Shown here: in pieces, positions 1 to 14,097 of the stretch | How the letters are laid out: the number at the start of each line of letters is the position of its first letter | Position numbering within the stretch: the first letter of the stretch is position 1 | Notes under the pieces: model-generated | The model's input: only the letters and a program-made list of their open reading frames with translations | Database searches by the model: none | Told to the model about the DNA's origin: nothing | Source: Trichosphaerium sp. ATCC 40318 | Lineage: Eukaryota; Protista; Tubulinea | Length of the DNA stretch: 64,000 nucleotides | Assembly: GCA_038496445.1 (NCBI GenBank) | Contig: JALMLS010000455.1 | Span: 372,001 to 436,000 of the forward strand | Direction of reading: 5' to 3' | Translations under genes and position numbers: made by a program

Positions 1-156
1 TTGAAAAACAATTTCTGAGTGGCTGTTAAGCCACAGTCGGCAAGCTGTTTCTCGCTACTTTACCCAAGCGTTTAAACTATCGCAATGAGGCGTTTATTTA
101 GCACAAGGATTAATTGAAGCGGTTAAATGTTTGCGTTGAACAAACTCAGTGTCGCA

Positions 157-3100
157 ATGCGAGTTATACGCGTAGGGTACGCTTACATGCTAATTTAGAA
201 ATATAACAACGCGTTTTAATTGTATTTTGTTAATAATAGGCCTAAACTACGCTCTGGTCATTCAAAAGCGCTAAAAAAGCAAAATAACCAATGTATACAT
301 GCCGCCAACCGACAGTTTATCTATGTGCCTAGAAACGCATGTAGATCATACTACATATCGCGCAGCCAATTAAATAAGCAAAGACAACGCCATAAAGAGA
401 TGCAAGCAGCACGAGGTGAATTTATTAAACCGTTTGTAATTTATTTCTCTAAAACACCTCCTACAGATCGTGCAGATGCGTCAGTACACATACCATCACA
501 AGTGATGGCAATTCTTGTACCTTACCCCATCTATCCCATACAGGGAGGTAAGCTCTTCATCTCTACCACCATACACGTTTCTGGCTGTTTAGATTTAACT
601 CCTGTCGTGTTTAGATGAGACAGAACTTGTTATTTCGTGTGATACGCTGTCTTCAGCTCTAAAATCAAGGTTTCCAAGCCAACATGAAAAGAAATTAGTA
701 GGTCTATTTTTCTCCATAACTGGAAACACAATAATGACCAGCATGGATGACATAACACCTATTGGTACTCTAGTTAATTTAATTAATGTATCAGAAGTAC
801 CAGACAACGAGGTACGTCCTAAACGACGGATGAACAAAATTAGAAAAAATATCCTTTCTTTCAAATCACAACACGTGTTTTTCTATTTTACGTGGGCTTA
901 TGTATGTTACGTATTAGAACGGTGAAAATACGCTTGTTAAGCTTCATTTTAAAGTGCAGCATCGTATAGAAGCTGTGTCAATATCAGGGCGCGTTGGTGA
1001 ATCTAATATGTTTGATTTAAACATAAAAGCAAGATTTTGGAAGGTATTATCGTGTAGTTCGATTTGTATATTTACTCGCTACTAGTTAGTTGTTGATAAG
1101 AGCATAACCCAAGGGTTGACATATTGTATTGATAGTAGTCTCCGTAATGTATGGCAACTTTTTGACGCAATAGAAGGGCAAGCCACAGCTCCTGGCCAGC
1201 AGTACGTCTATCTTACAAGGTTGTAAATCGTGTAATTCGATTGGTAGAGGTGTAAATCTACGTGATCCTGTTTCCGCATCTTTATCCCACGTGGTTACAG
1301 CATCTAACCGCGGTGTCAAGCTATGGCAAGAAAGGTTCTTGGACAAGTTACAAAGTAAGCTTACTATTTTTTTTGTCAAGATTGAATAAAACTAACGCCA
1401 AACATAGTTATTGTAGAGACTGATGGTAAGTGAACAGCTTATAAAATACCTAGATACTTTTATCTTATCATTACGTATGTAGATGTTATTGAACTACAAA
1501 AGCGGACCCTTTCGTTCTTGTCATACATGTCTGCGAGATTGCGCCATTACATAGACGTAGAAAATGAAGTTAGGTCACAACAAAGAAAGTCTGTTCTTCT
1601 AGAAAGATGTCACGTTTTACAAACACGCACATCACGTGCATCAGGGAATTCAGTATGTAGTTGTATTCCTCTTTTTTATTGGTATGTACTCATGTCATTC
1701 TCTTGTAGCCAGAAAGATTAACAGAAAAATATCAACAGCTCATTAAGAGCAAGAAGATTCCAAAACAAGTTGCAGCTGTAATAGAGGTTTGTTTTCTTTT
1801 CATTTTCTCAAAACCTTTTTCTGTGTTGCACGCGCGTTTGTACTAAATATAGCTTTAATTATAAAAGGATGAAGTATCAAGGTTAGGTCATATACAACCT
1901 TCTCCTTTAGATTTTGAGTTTACACGGAGATATGTCGATTGGTTGACATGTTTGCCTTGGTCAAAAACATCAAAAGAAACTGTTAATATAGCCAAGTACA
2001 TACAACTATTTTCCTTGCTATTCACTATTGACACTAGTAAATAGGGCAAGGGAAATACTTGAACGAGATCATTACGGTATGAAGGATGTTAAAGAGCGTA
2101 TTCTTGAGTTCGTTTCGGTACAGCTTTTGTTTGAACAAAAGATAACTTAACTTTGATTTTAGGTTGCCTCACTTAAAGGTGCTGTTTCAGGAAAGATTTT
2201 ATGTTTCGTAGGACCACCTGGTACAGGCAAGTACTTCTTGTAATATATTGTGTAGATTGTGCACTTATAAATACCCAGGAAAGACTTCTATCGGCTCTTC
2301 TATTGCAAAAGCAATGAATAGAGAATTTTACAGATTTTCAGTTGGTGGTCTTTCTGATACAAGTGAGTTGAAAGGTCATCGTAAAACCTATGTAGGGTAC
2401 GATATCAGTTAAATAACTTACATCATCGTTTACTGAGTGATTAATGGATTGTATCTAGAGCAATGCCTGGGAAACTGATACAAGCAATGAAAGCTCTCAA
2501 GACTTCAAACCCAGTAATTCTTATTGATGAAATTGATAAACTTGGATCAGGTGTAAATCAAGGCGATCCAGCATCAGCTCTACTAGAGATTCTTGATCCT
2601 GAACAGAACTCTAACTTTAGAGACTTATTCCTAGGTTCGGAATTTTCCCATTTTACTTTTCAGGTTTTTTTCTTTGGTCCAATTCAAAAACCATGCTTGT
2701 TGACCTCACTGTGCTTTTGGTATTTTAAAGATGCTATAATTTTACAAGCGTTAGAATATGCGAGGCAGCCATATTTAAGCCTTCTTACTCGTCTGGAGGC
2801 AATTTGCTAATGTTGTTACAGATGTTCCGTATGACTTGTCTAAGGTTTTGTTCCTTTGTACAGCCAATACTACAGGCACAAATCTATCTATATACATCAA
2901 TAATATCTAAAATTAATCTAGAAACAATTACTAGACCACTGCTAGATCGTATGGAGGAGGTAACGCTTAGTGGCTATGTACTGGAGGAAAAGATTCAAAT
3001 ACTTAAAAAATACTTAATGCCAAAAGTACTAAAGGAAGCTGGCTTAAATACAAATCATATAACTATTGAAGAAGATGCTATGCATCAGTTAATACGAAGC

Positions 3101-4369
3101 TATTGTAAAGAATCAGGTGTAAGATCTTTAGAAAGGTACTTACAACGTATCGTCAGAAAAGTTGCCTTAAAAGTTGTCTCCGTAAGTCACGTTCTCGTGG
3201 AAGTTGTTTTTTCTTGACTTGCAACAAAGCTTCATCTGATTTCTGTTTTTTTGCCTAGGGACATGAAGAGACTGTAGTTGTTGGTGTAGATAATCTATCT
3301 ACATATGTTGGGTTACCAGAATATGATCCTGCTAGTATATACAACGACTTGTTACCTGGTGTTGTTGTTGGACTTGCTAAGACTGCACAAGGTGGACAAA
3401 CTCTGTTTGTTGAGGCTGTAGAAGACAAGGTAACTCTTTACTTTCTATTATCAATATATATTTATCTTTACATAGATTGTGAAAGCGTCATCTCTAAAGA
3501 TAACAGGTACACAATGCATTTACAGTGCAATTACATAAACATTGATAAATTAATATCACGATCATCGAAGACTTTTTTTGCCTCTAATTTTTTTATTTAG
3601 GCTTTGTACAGGATGTCATGAGGGAGGCTACAACTATTGCCTTTAGCTTTGCTAAAAAATTCCTGTTTTCTTTTCAATCACAAAGATATTTTGAAGATGT
3701 ACGTGGTTCTTTAAGTTTGTTTTGAATGTTAACTTGGCCAGTCTGCTGTTCATATTCATTTTCCTGCTGGTGCTATTCGAAAGGATGGTCCTTCTGCTGG
3801 TGTAACTGCTGTTACCTCTTTTATTTCGCTTGCATTGGGAGTATCAGTATCTTCAAGCCTTGCTATGACTGGAGAGGTACATTTCTTTCCACAAACTCTG
3901 ATACAGCAAAGCCTTTTTTTTAACTTTTTATTCTTTAGGTGACTATTGCTGGCCTTGTACTACCTGTTGGTGGTATCAAAGAGAAAGCAATTGCTGCTAA
4001 ACAAGCAGGTTTGTATACATGTGACACGTATAGTTGTTTACGTTTGTGTACTAGGTATCAACACTTTATTGTTGCCAATGGCGAACAAGGAAGATTTTAA
4101 TATTTTGGAAGACTATATCAAGAGTAACTTAGAAGTCCACTTTGTAACTACATATCAGGATGTCTTTAAGGTATATCTAGTATACATTTTTGTGTACAGA
4201 AAGTTACTGTACTATCCACCAACAGAAGGTGGTTTGTGCACTTTTTTGTAGCCGAAGCAGAAGTTATTGTTTTGGCAACATTTTTAGTTTGGGGGTTTTT
4301 TTTTCTTCTCTTGCAAGAAAGATGCTTATTATTTGTTGGTAGGTTGCTTTCCCATCTCTTAATACGTGA
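157..4369 (+). CDS. LONP1: Lon ATP-dependent protease (mitochondrial type), multi-exon
   Basis: Spliced exons give [15 protein letters not shown], Walker [23 protein letters not shown], Walker [16 protein letters not shown], catalytic [17 protein letters not shown] and PVGGIKEK. Stop TGA at 4367-4369. The start at 157 (MRVIRVG|PKLR) is tentative. Confidence 0.93.
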
Positions 4370-5933
4370 GTTTCTTTAAAAAAATAATACCTGTAAATTA
4401 AGAAGAAGAAAAACTTGCTCAAGTCATACTCAATAAAACAAGGGTGACTTGATTTATGAAGAGTATTGATTTTTAAAGGATGCAGTCAAACAAAGACAAG
4501 ACGAAAATGTAGTTTACTTCTGTTACAGAAGGTAAATAAGCGATGATGTCAAGCGTGTACTATAAAAAAAACTTATGTCAAGATAACCGGTCTTTACTCC
4601 CTCAACAAGAGTACCAACTTCTTGTAATAACCATAAGCACGACAAAATTACCAGGTAGACATACACTATAGCAGTCAAAATTATTAAATAAATAAACCAC
4701 GTGGACTACCAAAGTAGCGACTCCTGCGACCATTAGACTAATCCTCAATCCCAACAAAAGCTATTGCAAGACGATCTGGGAGGAAAGGAACACTGTCCCT
4801 GACCGATAGCTCTGGCGCAGAGCGAGCGTGCGTGTGGTGTACATAACACGATCGCATGTGCATGAAGAAATGAAGAAAAACGAAAAAATTTGGTTTTTTT
4901 TTTTTTCAAACGGTGGGTGATTTCTGCTTGCTATCGAATAAACTGCCTCAGTTGGTTGCTTGTCTTGTTGTATCAGTCCAGCTCGTTCAAACGCCTGAAA
5001 TGTCTCGCATGTTCAGACATGTAACTTCTTCAGCTTTTTGTCTTTTACGAAGATTTGTCATTCTGTGAAAAAGTTGTAGCTCGTGGAAACGTTACGCTTG
5101 ATCTACTTGAACTAGTAGCACAGTTTAGAGACGAAAAACTTGGGTACGTATCCAGTTTTTTTCATAAAAACAGAAAACTGACATTTTTTGCAACCGCAAT
5201 TTTTTTGTTTTGTACTATCACCTATTTTTAAGCACTTTGCCTTTGTATTACAACCGATGAGCCACGGGGTGTAGTCACTTGGGATATTTAGACGAAATAT
5301 ATTCTCCCTTATTCATCCGGCCTCCAAGATTGGGAGGCCACGAATGGATTGCATTCCCAATTCGACACTCATCAATTTTGTTTTTTGAGCAATGGGTACT
5401 GTTTGTTTCAGTCAAATTAACTAGCCATTTCCCCACTTATTTTTCGCCCTGAAATCACTGGTATTTGTTGTAGTATGCATAGATTGGAGCACTTTCAAAG
5501 AGTAAAATTTATGGCAAAATAACTAGCTAACTAACTCGACTGAAACAGACAATTGAATAACTAAATGCACATTTCGAGTGTAAAAAAAAAGGTTGCAACA
5601 ACTCAATAACACCAAGTTGAACATGAGTACAAGGGGTACATGCCTTTAAAAAAAAACACCAATGTGTGCCATGGCCTTGAGAAAAAAACCCAATCGAGTT
5701 ATATTTACTGTTGTTTATTCTTATGCACACGTTTTCCTTCCACTTTACATAATACCAACAGTTGGGTTTCTTTGTACACTCGTATCAATAAAACAGCACC
5801 AAAAGGTAATATTAACACAATATATTGGCCACAAGAGGTATAGGAAAAACGGGAATGCCAAAAAAATGGGGGGTAAGAGGAGAGGAGTTGATGAAGAAAA
5901 AAATTCTTCTTGTTTGTTGTTGTTTCTACCTCA

Positions 5934-8489
5934 TTAAAATGAGAACAATGGCGATGCATATGACATTGGTGGAACATGAGGATGTGGTACAGCATCAAAT
6001 GTGATATATTCAGCAGACATATCCTTACCGCTGATACGAATAAGAGCACCCTTGTTGCCCATCTAGAGTGGGAAAAGTCAGAAGAAAAAAAAAAAAGGAT
6101 TGGCTTGTTTGAAAGGTTGGGTTTTTCAAACGAATGACGTACTTGATCGCAGTAATTTGGTGCCGAAAAGACTGTGACAAGCTTTCCGTTTGCTTCAATC
6201 TCATATCCATTTGCTTTAACTTCATGTGAGCGAATGACCATACCTATTAACACATTAGGAATGATACCAACTCATTTAGAAAAAAAAAATAAGGTAATAA
6301 AAGAATTCAATCATTTGTGTGGCCATTTGGGCGTTTTTGATGGCCAGAAGTTTATCAAAAATATAATGCTTATCAAGCATAAGCTTTTAAACTCGGAATA
6401 ACCGATAAAAAAAGACGTACCAAGGCCGTTATCATTCAAAAAACGTTCAACAATATCTGGCCCAAAAGCAAATCCAATACCACGTTTACTTGGTCCTCTA
6501 CCAGGCATAGCTTGCGGATCAGCCCAAAGTAAGTCTGAAAGAAGCCCTGTATAATGATTTAACAATAGATTAACATAAAACCATATGCTCAAAAAGAATT
6601 AAAACAAATCCATTAAAGAAGCTATATTGTCAAAAGATGTGTAAAAAAATTGTGGACACTTATTGATATAACAATGGGTTCGATGGAACGCAAGGTAACG
6701 CAATAAAAAAGTTTTTTTTGGTTTTGTTGAAGAAATATCAAAAATGACATTGTTCGTTTCTTTTGTGACGTACCACTATCGCCTGGTTCTCTCATTCTAT
6801 CAACACGAGCAATTTGTTCAAGTTTTACGCCATCTGTAGATGGTAGACCGCCATGAACTGCAAAATACTTTCCGCCGATAACATGACATATAGGTAAGCA
6901 TGAAAATACCTCAGTGAATAAGAAATACATTGTTTCAGTGTATCTAATAAAATATAAGTACAAAAATAAAGATACAAGTCCATAATCATTGATTGAACTT
7001 TATAAAACACAAAATTCATTCAATGAAAAGAAAAAGGAACATACTTGGCTTTGACTTCACCGTGGAAGCCATAAATCTTGTTCATGGCTGTAGTTTCGTG
7101 GTTTCCACGAGCCATAAAGAAATGGTTTGGGTACAAAAGTTTAAGAGAGAGTAAAGTGAAAATGACTTCACAAGAAAAGCTTCCTAATAACAGAAAATAG
7201 TTAGACGATATCCAAAAAAAAGAAAAAAATAAAAGGATTTGTGACACATGTCTTGTATTGTGATGTTTGAAAATGTGCCGACCATGCTTGTAACATACCT
7301 CTATCTACAAAGTCACCATTGAACAAATAAGGGTTCGTCTCGGATGGGAAACCATTAACTTCGAAAATATGAATTAAATCGTAGAATTGTCCATGAACAT
7401 CTCCACAGACATTGAATACGCCTAAAAAATCCAACTGGTTAGTATACTATGTATCACAGAAAAAAATAATCAGAAAAAAATCCACAAAAAATTTGATTTC
7501 AGGATTATGTACCATCCTCTGGTACATCAATATTAACGAGGCTAGGCTGTTTCTGCAAGAATTCCTTGACTTGTGATAAAATCTTGTACGCATATCAAAG
7601 ATAGTTAAGGAGAAAAATGACGAAGAAGATCAAAAGCCAAAAAAAGGAAGGAAAAAAAAAGCCAAAAGTCCATTTTATCAGAGTTGTGTGGATACTTATT
7701 ATGTATTTGCTTCTGAGCCTTAAAAGCTTCTATCATATCCTTTACGAATTTAAGAGTAATTTTATCTTCATCGAAACGAGGACCGATATAGTTTTCTTGT
7801 ACGCCTTTTCTACTATTAGACAAAGGAACAAGGAGAAGTGACATAGTACTATCACGTCATAATACGACAATAGTTTTTAGAAAACGAGTAAAGACAGGAA
7901 GCGCTCGAAGAACAAAAAAAAAATAAAGCGGTAGGTACCCATGTCGTTTATGGCTAATTCTTCAAGGACAGAGTGTTTATCACTCTTTGATGCGATAGCC
8001 GCGGCAAAACGCTGTTGCTTCACAATTTTACTGCATTCATTAAATTTGTTGCGCGCTTCTCTGCTCTTTGGCACTAATTTCACTGCCTACGGACCGTTTA
8101 GGTGTTATTCCCCGTTTATACCTAATCATGGCGTATGAAGAAGAAACGTACTGTACGAAAGTCCTACACTACTATTAGATAACGATGGTGACAATGGTTA
8201 CCTTTAATGCAAGTGCTGTTTTTCCGAGCGCCATGTACGCCGAACCGCGTCTGTAGTACCCTTTTACGTATGCAGGGTCTAAAGATATGGTCTGCTGAGC
8301 GTCTACTACAGCACTACCATAACTTTCTAGTTTTAGGTGCGTAGCAGCGCGATTACCGTATAGAATTGCGTTTGAGGGATCTAGCTCGATCGCTTTTGTG
8401 TACAATTGCAAGGCGGCATTATACTTGAATTGTTGAAAAAACTTGTTAGCCTCCTTTTTTATCTCAACAGCACGCTGTACTCGATCCAT
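5934..8489 (-). CDS. PPP5C: Ser/Thr protein phosphatase 5 (TPR + PPP catalytic domain)
   Basis: Three N-terminal TPRs, then [55 protein letters not shown] and C-terminal [12 protein letters not shown]. Confidence 0.97.
7596..7695 (-). other. U12-type (minor) intron with GT-TG termini in PP5
   Basis: Donor GTATCCA, branch TCCTTAAC 8 nt before the end, ends CTTTG. This junction restores IHNK|YAYKIL; no in-frame AG is available. Confidence 0.8.
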
Positions 8490-8648
8490 TTGCAATTACA
8501 AGTTACGCTAATAATAAAAAAAGATAAACTCAAAAAGTCAACGACTTTATGCCTCAAAAAGCTTGGCGATCATTGTCTTCAACAACTGCTTGAACTCCGA
8601 ATTACACTTTATTAAAACATCAAGTATACCTCTAGATACCAACGTACC
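8490..8648. promoter_or_regulatory. Short bidirectional promoter between PP5 and GNAT
   Basis: Divergent ATGs about 160 bp apart; contains GTCAAC. Confidence 0.6.
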
Positions 8649-10083
8649 ATGTCAGTACAGATAGAGATGCCAGTTAAACCAGTAGTTACGTTAATAGAAG
8701 ACAAAAACCTTAGGTCATCACAAATAAGGTACTGCTAAGCTTGTAAATGTAATACGAAAACATTTAAACCGAATACCGCAATTTTAGCGTCGGTAAAATG
8801 TTAGTTGAACGTGATACTTGTCTAATACGTATCAATAGGGCTAGTGATTACCCAGAATACGAAATTATAGTGCGACAAGTAAGGATAGAGCCAGAAGAGT
8901 TTCACAAAGACCTATTTGCTATGTGGGAGGTTCAAAACATCGCTTATCCGCCTGACATACAAGAGCCATTAGAAGCATTGAAAAAAAAGGCTAAAGAGTG
9001 TCTAGACACGACACTCTTGGCATTCGATAAAAATAAGCCAGATGAGCTCGTAGCCTACGCTATATGTACGTACAGCAATACTCAAACAAAAAATCGCGTT
9101 GCCCTAAACAAGTAATAACGTAAAACGAAATTCTTTTCACTCCATTTTTTTTTTTGAATGAAATTCTGTTTGAAACTCCGCACGGTCTTTGTTTTTGTTT
9201 GTTTCGCTTTACTATGCGTTGTCGTAGTGCTTGTCGTTGTCCTTACAGTCACTAACTCGGATTTGTTCAAGGTATGCCATCGCGAACTATCACAGAAGAA
9301 GATAACTACGCATACGGTTACAATGATAAAATGGTTATTCATGATGTCGCTACTAACGTAACGACAATGAAAGCTAAAGGTCTTGGTCACTTGTTTCTTC
9401 AAATAGCAGGGTGTTACGCTTTACAGCAAGGATTTAGAAGCTTAGTATTAGGTTCTACGCAACCTGCTGAGACTTTCTGGCTTGGTAAAGGGTTTAGAGA
9501 TGTTGGAGGCAATGAAACAAGAAAACAGTTTCAAGACACTACATTACGTGTTATGGAGCAAGATATTACTTGGAATACTAAGTATGAAGTATATAATTGG
9601 TTGAAGATACAAAAGGTTCGCGAAAAAGCAAAAGAAAATTTTTTCTGTTTTTTTTGCTTTTTTTTTTGGTGACCCTGAAAAACAGTGTTTTTCACTTGTT
9701 GTACGTACCTTGCGTTTTCTCATTGTTCCTTAGGATGAGTATAATAAAACTGTTAAATTCGAGGATGGTCTTCAATTAATGATTGATGCTACACCTACAG
9801 TAATGTTTAAGGTACGGAGGGTATCTTTTTTTTTTTTTTTCACCGAAGTAGAAAAAAGTCTTTAAAAATCAACAAGCTGTCACTTTTCGCCGTTACTGTG
9901 AATTTAGTTTTTGTAGAATACCTTTTTATATTGTTTAAAGCGTACCTATATGCTTTGTTTTGTATTTGAATACAATGTGTCTAATGAAACTTTTTTCTTT
10001 AGCTTGCTGCTTCTGGAAGCAAGAGGAAGGTAGACTATTACGATGGTAATACGAGACCAACGAAGCGAAGACGCACCAGATAA
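8649..10083 (+). CDS. GNAT-family N-acetyltransferase, probably nuclear
   Basis: Spliced ORF with IHDVAT...KAKGLGHLFL (acetyl-CoA motif A) and VLGSTQPAETFWLGKGF (motif B). Basic C-terminus PTKRRRTR. Confidence 0.75.
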
Positions 10084-10279
10084 GTAGAAGTGCGTAGACG
10101 GGTTTGTTTTACCCGTCAAACAATGTAAGTAGTAGATTAAAATGTTTTGTACAATCTCTTGTCTTGTTCTTCTTCTGTTGCTACTCGCAAGAGTCGTAAA
10201 TTATTGTTTAAGAATTCAAGCCAAAATTGGTCAAAACTAGTCTTCCAGCTACTTGGAATTCGCAAACGACTCAAATCCT

Positions 10280-12048
10280 TTATTTAACACATTTTACTCT
10301 TTCTGGTGGTTCAAACGGGTCTATGTTCATACTTGTAAAGAAGCTTGATACTAGGTACAATGAACCACATAGTACTTGCTGCCTATTTGACAGTGATTTG
10401 GCTTGATGGAATGCTTCTACAACGTCCTTCGTCTTGTGTACTATAACTTTGTCGTTCTCTGATTTTACTGCGTTTTCAATTGCAGTCACATGATGGCACT
10501 TGCAAAAAGTCAAAGTGAGCGAGTAACATGTTTAGTTTGTGTTTAACATACCTTTATCCAGTGCATTCCTTCTGGTTGTTCAAATGTTGTTGCGATAACA
10601 TTATCTCCATTGTTAAGGCCTATGGCATGGAAAATATCTTTAAGACTCTTGGAGGCAGTGCAAGCAAATATCCACGTTATTCCCTTTTTTAGAGATAAGG
10701 AAAAACGAGAATTTTGGTTGGTTTGTTTCGCAGTGTACCTTGTCTTTTCGTATTTCTTTAATGTACTTCCCAAGGGATTCAGCAGAGTCTTTATTATGTG
10801 CTCCATCTATGAGTATATTCCCAAACTCAACAGTATTCATCCATTGTAGTCTTCCAGGCCAACAGGTTTTTTTTAATCCTTTTTGCATGCTATCTTTAGT
10901 AATTTTATTAAAACCTTGTCGCTTCAATTCAAAAGAAACAGATATTGCCACAGCTGAGTTGTCTCTTTGAAAATCTCCATGAAGACCTGATTCATACATA
11001 AGAGAATCATTTTCCACCTTGGAGAAATTAAAACCAAGTAATATCTACGAAGGGAGGTACTTGGAGCTAGGTACACTTACCGTAAAAAGTAGCTTTGCCT
11101 TGTCAGAGTTGTACTCAGATGATAGTACACTTACAACTTTTGCTTGTTTTTCTTGCGCTATCCTTTTTATAGTCTTCTCAGCGCCGGGATACTTTTGCGC
11201 AGCAAGGAAAACAGTGCCATCTGTACAATCAAAATAAGTAAATAGCCTTTGTTTTTACGATGTACTCTGTTTGATAATGCCAGCTTTCTCTGATGCAATT
11301 TCCTCAATGGTGTTCCCAAGGAGACCCAAGTGATCATAAGCAACCTTTGTAATTATAGATATCAATGTATTATCTATGACATTTGTTGCATCCAGACGAC
11401 CACCAACGCCAACTTCAACAATCGCCACATCAACCTTAGTTTAACATTTCATTGAATATGGAAACTTCTGCACAATTCCAAGGCGTACCTCTTCCTGAGC
11501 GAATATATACAATGCTTGTCCTGTCAATATTTCAAAAGGACTAGGTTTGGGTTGTGTTTTATTTGCTATAGCTGATACATGTTTTGAAGCAGAAGCCCAA
11601 AGGTCATCATTAACTGGACGACCTTTCAAAGGCTTTAACAAAAAACAAGCATAGGAAAAGCAAAAATATCACGTGGAGTGTTAAAAATAATTTCCTATGC
11701 GTTTTTTTTTGTGTTGTATACGTACAGTTTATTAATACGCTATCTTGAGGAGATATAAAGTGAGGAGAGATAAATCGCCCTGTTTTATATCCACACTGCT
11801 TCTATTAGTATTTTACGCGTAGAAATAGTTGTTGGTAGTAGTTTAAGTATGAATGAATAAGGTTGTACCTCATGTAAAATATAGTCAAGAAAAGCGCACG
11901 TAGACCCTTTTCCATTTGTTCCTGCGATGTGAACAATCTTTAGACGCTCGTTGGGCATACCTAGGGAAAATTCAGCGTTCAGTGACAAAGAGAGGAATAT
12001 ACCAAGGTTCTTTACTAGTGCTCGGACATTATCAAGACCGAGTTTCAT
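10280..12048 (-). CDS. folC: Folylpolyglutamate synthase / dihydrofolate synthase
   Basis: [77 protein letters not shown]. Confidence 0.95.
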
Positions 12049-12158
12049 AGTGAAGTTATTGACGTCAAGATGTCTCAGTTTTTGGCTGTCTTTTTTGGTG
12101 AATTCTGTTGACTTGGCTTAGCTCTCTTTTTTAGAAGTCAACAACGCCGTAGCCGTTA
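12049..12158. promoter_or_regulatory. Short bidirectional promoter between folC and eIF2-beta
   Basis: Divergent ATGs 110 bp apart; contains TTGACGTCAA, GTTGAC and GTCAAC. Confidence 0.6.
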
Positions 12159-13210
12159 ATGGCGGTTCCATTTGAAGCAACAGGCAAAAAAAAGCGTAAA
12201 AAGAACAGGTACGCGATGTATGTGGCTTTCATAATGAACCTTTGTGTTAGAGCGCCTAAAGCATCCCTACAGACATATTACGATAAGGCTGTTGAGGATG
12301 AAACGAATCGTTACAGAGAAGCTTATGAAGTAGATGAGGCGTATGAATTTCTACTAAAACGTGCATTCAACGCTAAAGAAAAACAGGGTGCGCTGTCTAA
12401 ACTGAATTCAACACAAGATTATTAATTCCAGCTCAAACAACTGCAACAGCTAGACGCAGTGATTGTGCTACATTTCTTAGCTGTTTTAATACACATCAAT
12501 AATGTTAATCACAGAAACGCTTTTCAACATTGGCCATGCTTCTAACTACATTAAAATAGGCAGTGGATTCACTAAACTTAAAGTTGAACCCCCACGGATA
12601 GTTTTAACAAAACGTCGGCTTGCATGGACAAATTTTGGGACAATATGTGCTGCAATGTCAAGGGAAAAGCGTCACGTGATGAATTTCGTACTTGTAGAAC
12701 TCGGTACGTAATTCTCGCACGTGGGATTTGTTAACGTCCCTTTCATTTCTTTGTTTTTCAGTTTGAACTGTTTGATATTTTTGTTGTCTTATTTGTTGTT
12801 AGGTTCACCTCCTGCATTTTTAAATGGCGATAGTGGTAAACTAACTATTAGGAAAAGAGGTACTTGGGGAGCAAGTACAATGGAAAGTCTTTTATCAAAG
12901 TACTTTAGTACATACGTCATTTGTCAGACTTGTATGTCCTTGTCACTTATCAGCTGTTCCTCCATTGACTGCCTTTTTTAGGTTCAAGCCCTGATACAGT
13001 ACTGGAACGTGATACTTCGAATAGGTTGACTTACAAAGTATGTCGTACATGCAAAGCAAAGGCATCTGTAATAACCATAAGAACAGGATTCCAAGCAATA
13101 GGTAAAAAGCAATCGAGAAATACTTTATGGGTTTTGTAGTACTGATTTCTACCTATGTTGTAGGTAGAGGAGAAAGAAGGCAACAAAGAAATGAACAAGC
13201 AACGACCTAA
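12159..13210 (+). CDS. EIF2S2: Translation initiation factor eIF2 beta subunit-like (eIF2B/eIF5 domain)
   Basis: Poly-Lys N-terminus, YEFLLKRAF, WTNFGTICAAMSREKRHVMNFVLVELG, and zinc ribbon YVICQTC.SPDT...CRTC. Confidence 0.85.
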
Positions 13211-14097
13211 CACCAACTTCTAAGTGAGTATGAAATACTTGCCAATGAGTGGAATTTCCTGAATGTAAATAAACAATCCTTAAACGCATCATTGTAGATG
13301 GCAATCATCTCCACGCAACAACAGTACCGTCTTAATACCTGATGAGGTATTCGCTTCAGAAAAAAAGAACTCTTTGAAGTAGTTCTGAAGAATTACGGCA
13401 AGGGTACAGCAATACTAACCTGCCCTCAGTTGTGAGTAGTACACTACTGCCTCGCCGTAATTCTCCTTTCACATAATACCATATGTGGTTGTGAGTTCTG
13501 AATGCTGTTGGAGAGCGTGCTAAGGTGAAATGGGCGCCTTCACAAGTAGGAAGTACCACATAAAGTCAAGAATTCATCACAAAGAAAGGAAGAGACTTTT
13601 TTTTTGGCTTCAGAAACCCGTTACTAATTAATCCAAACATCGCTAGTATGACTAGCAGATTTTCTTTGAGCCAAAGCGAACTAATAATACCAAAGAAAGA
13701 AGCAACACTTTCTCCTCCCTCGCGTGCAAAAAGACCTAAAAACACAGGAAAGAGGAGACATAGGAGAGGCTCCACGTGCGTAATATTAATTTATTTTTTT
13801 TACACCTGAAAAGAAGAATACATCGAAACTCTTTGTCAAATTATTGTTTTTCCGTACCCAATCGCTGAGAAAAATGTATAAAAGAACTTAAACGTGTTTT
13901 GAGCGAATCCACAATAAGAGATAAAATAGTTCTGATAAAGACACGTTTGAGATTTTTTTTTTTTCAATAAGATCAAAACTTCGTTTTGGGACAATTTTGT
14001 CACTTCTCTAATGAACGATTCACTACAACGCCTTTTTTAGAGCGAATATTCTGTTTAAACAAAACAGAGAAATTGTGTCAGAAAGTACTAATCAATT

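Noticed and set aside
85-117. MRRLFSTRIN, resembling a mitochondrial presequence for Lon
   Set aside because: It ends in TGA with no usable donor before the stop; at most a uORF.
849-856. ATATCCTT, a possible AT-AC donor
   Set aside because: It lies inside an ordinary GT-AG Lon intron with no U12 branch point downstream.
13333-13365. CTGATGAG...GAAA hammerhead-like core
   Set aside because: Stem II cannot form and stems I and III are absent; it is only a 6-bp hairpin (AATACC/GGTATT).
13230-13800. Possible small gene between eIF2-beta and the hydrolase
   Set aside because: Only short basic ORFs, with no homology I can recognise and no consistent splice model.
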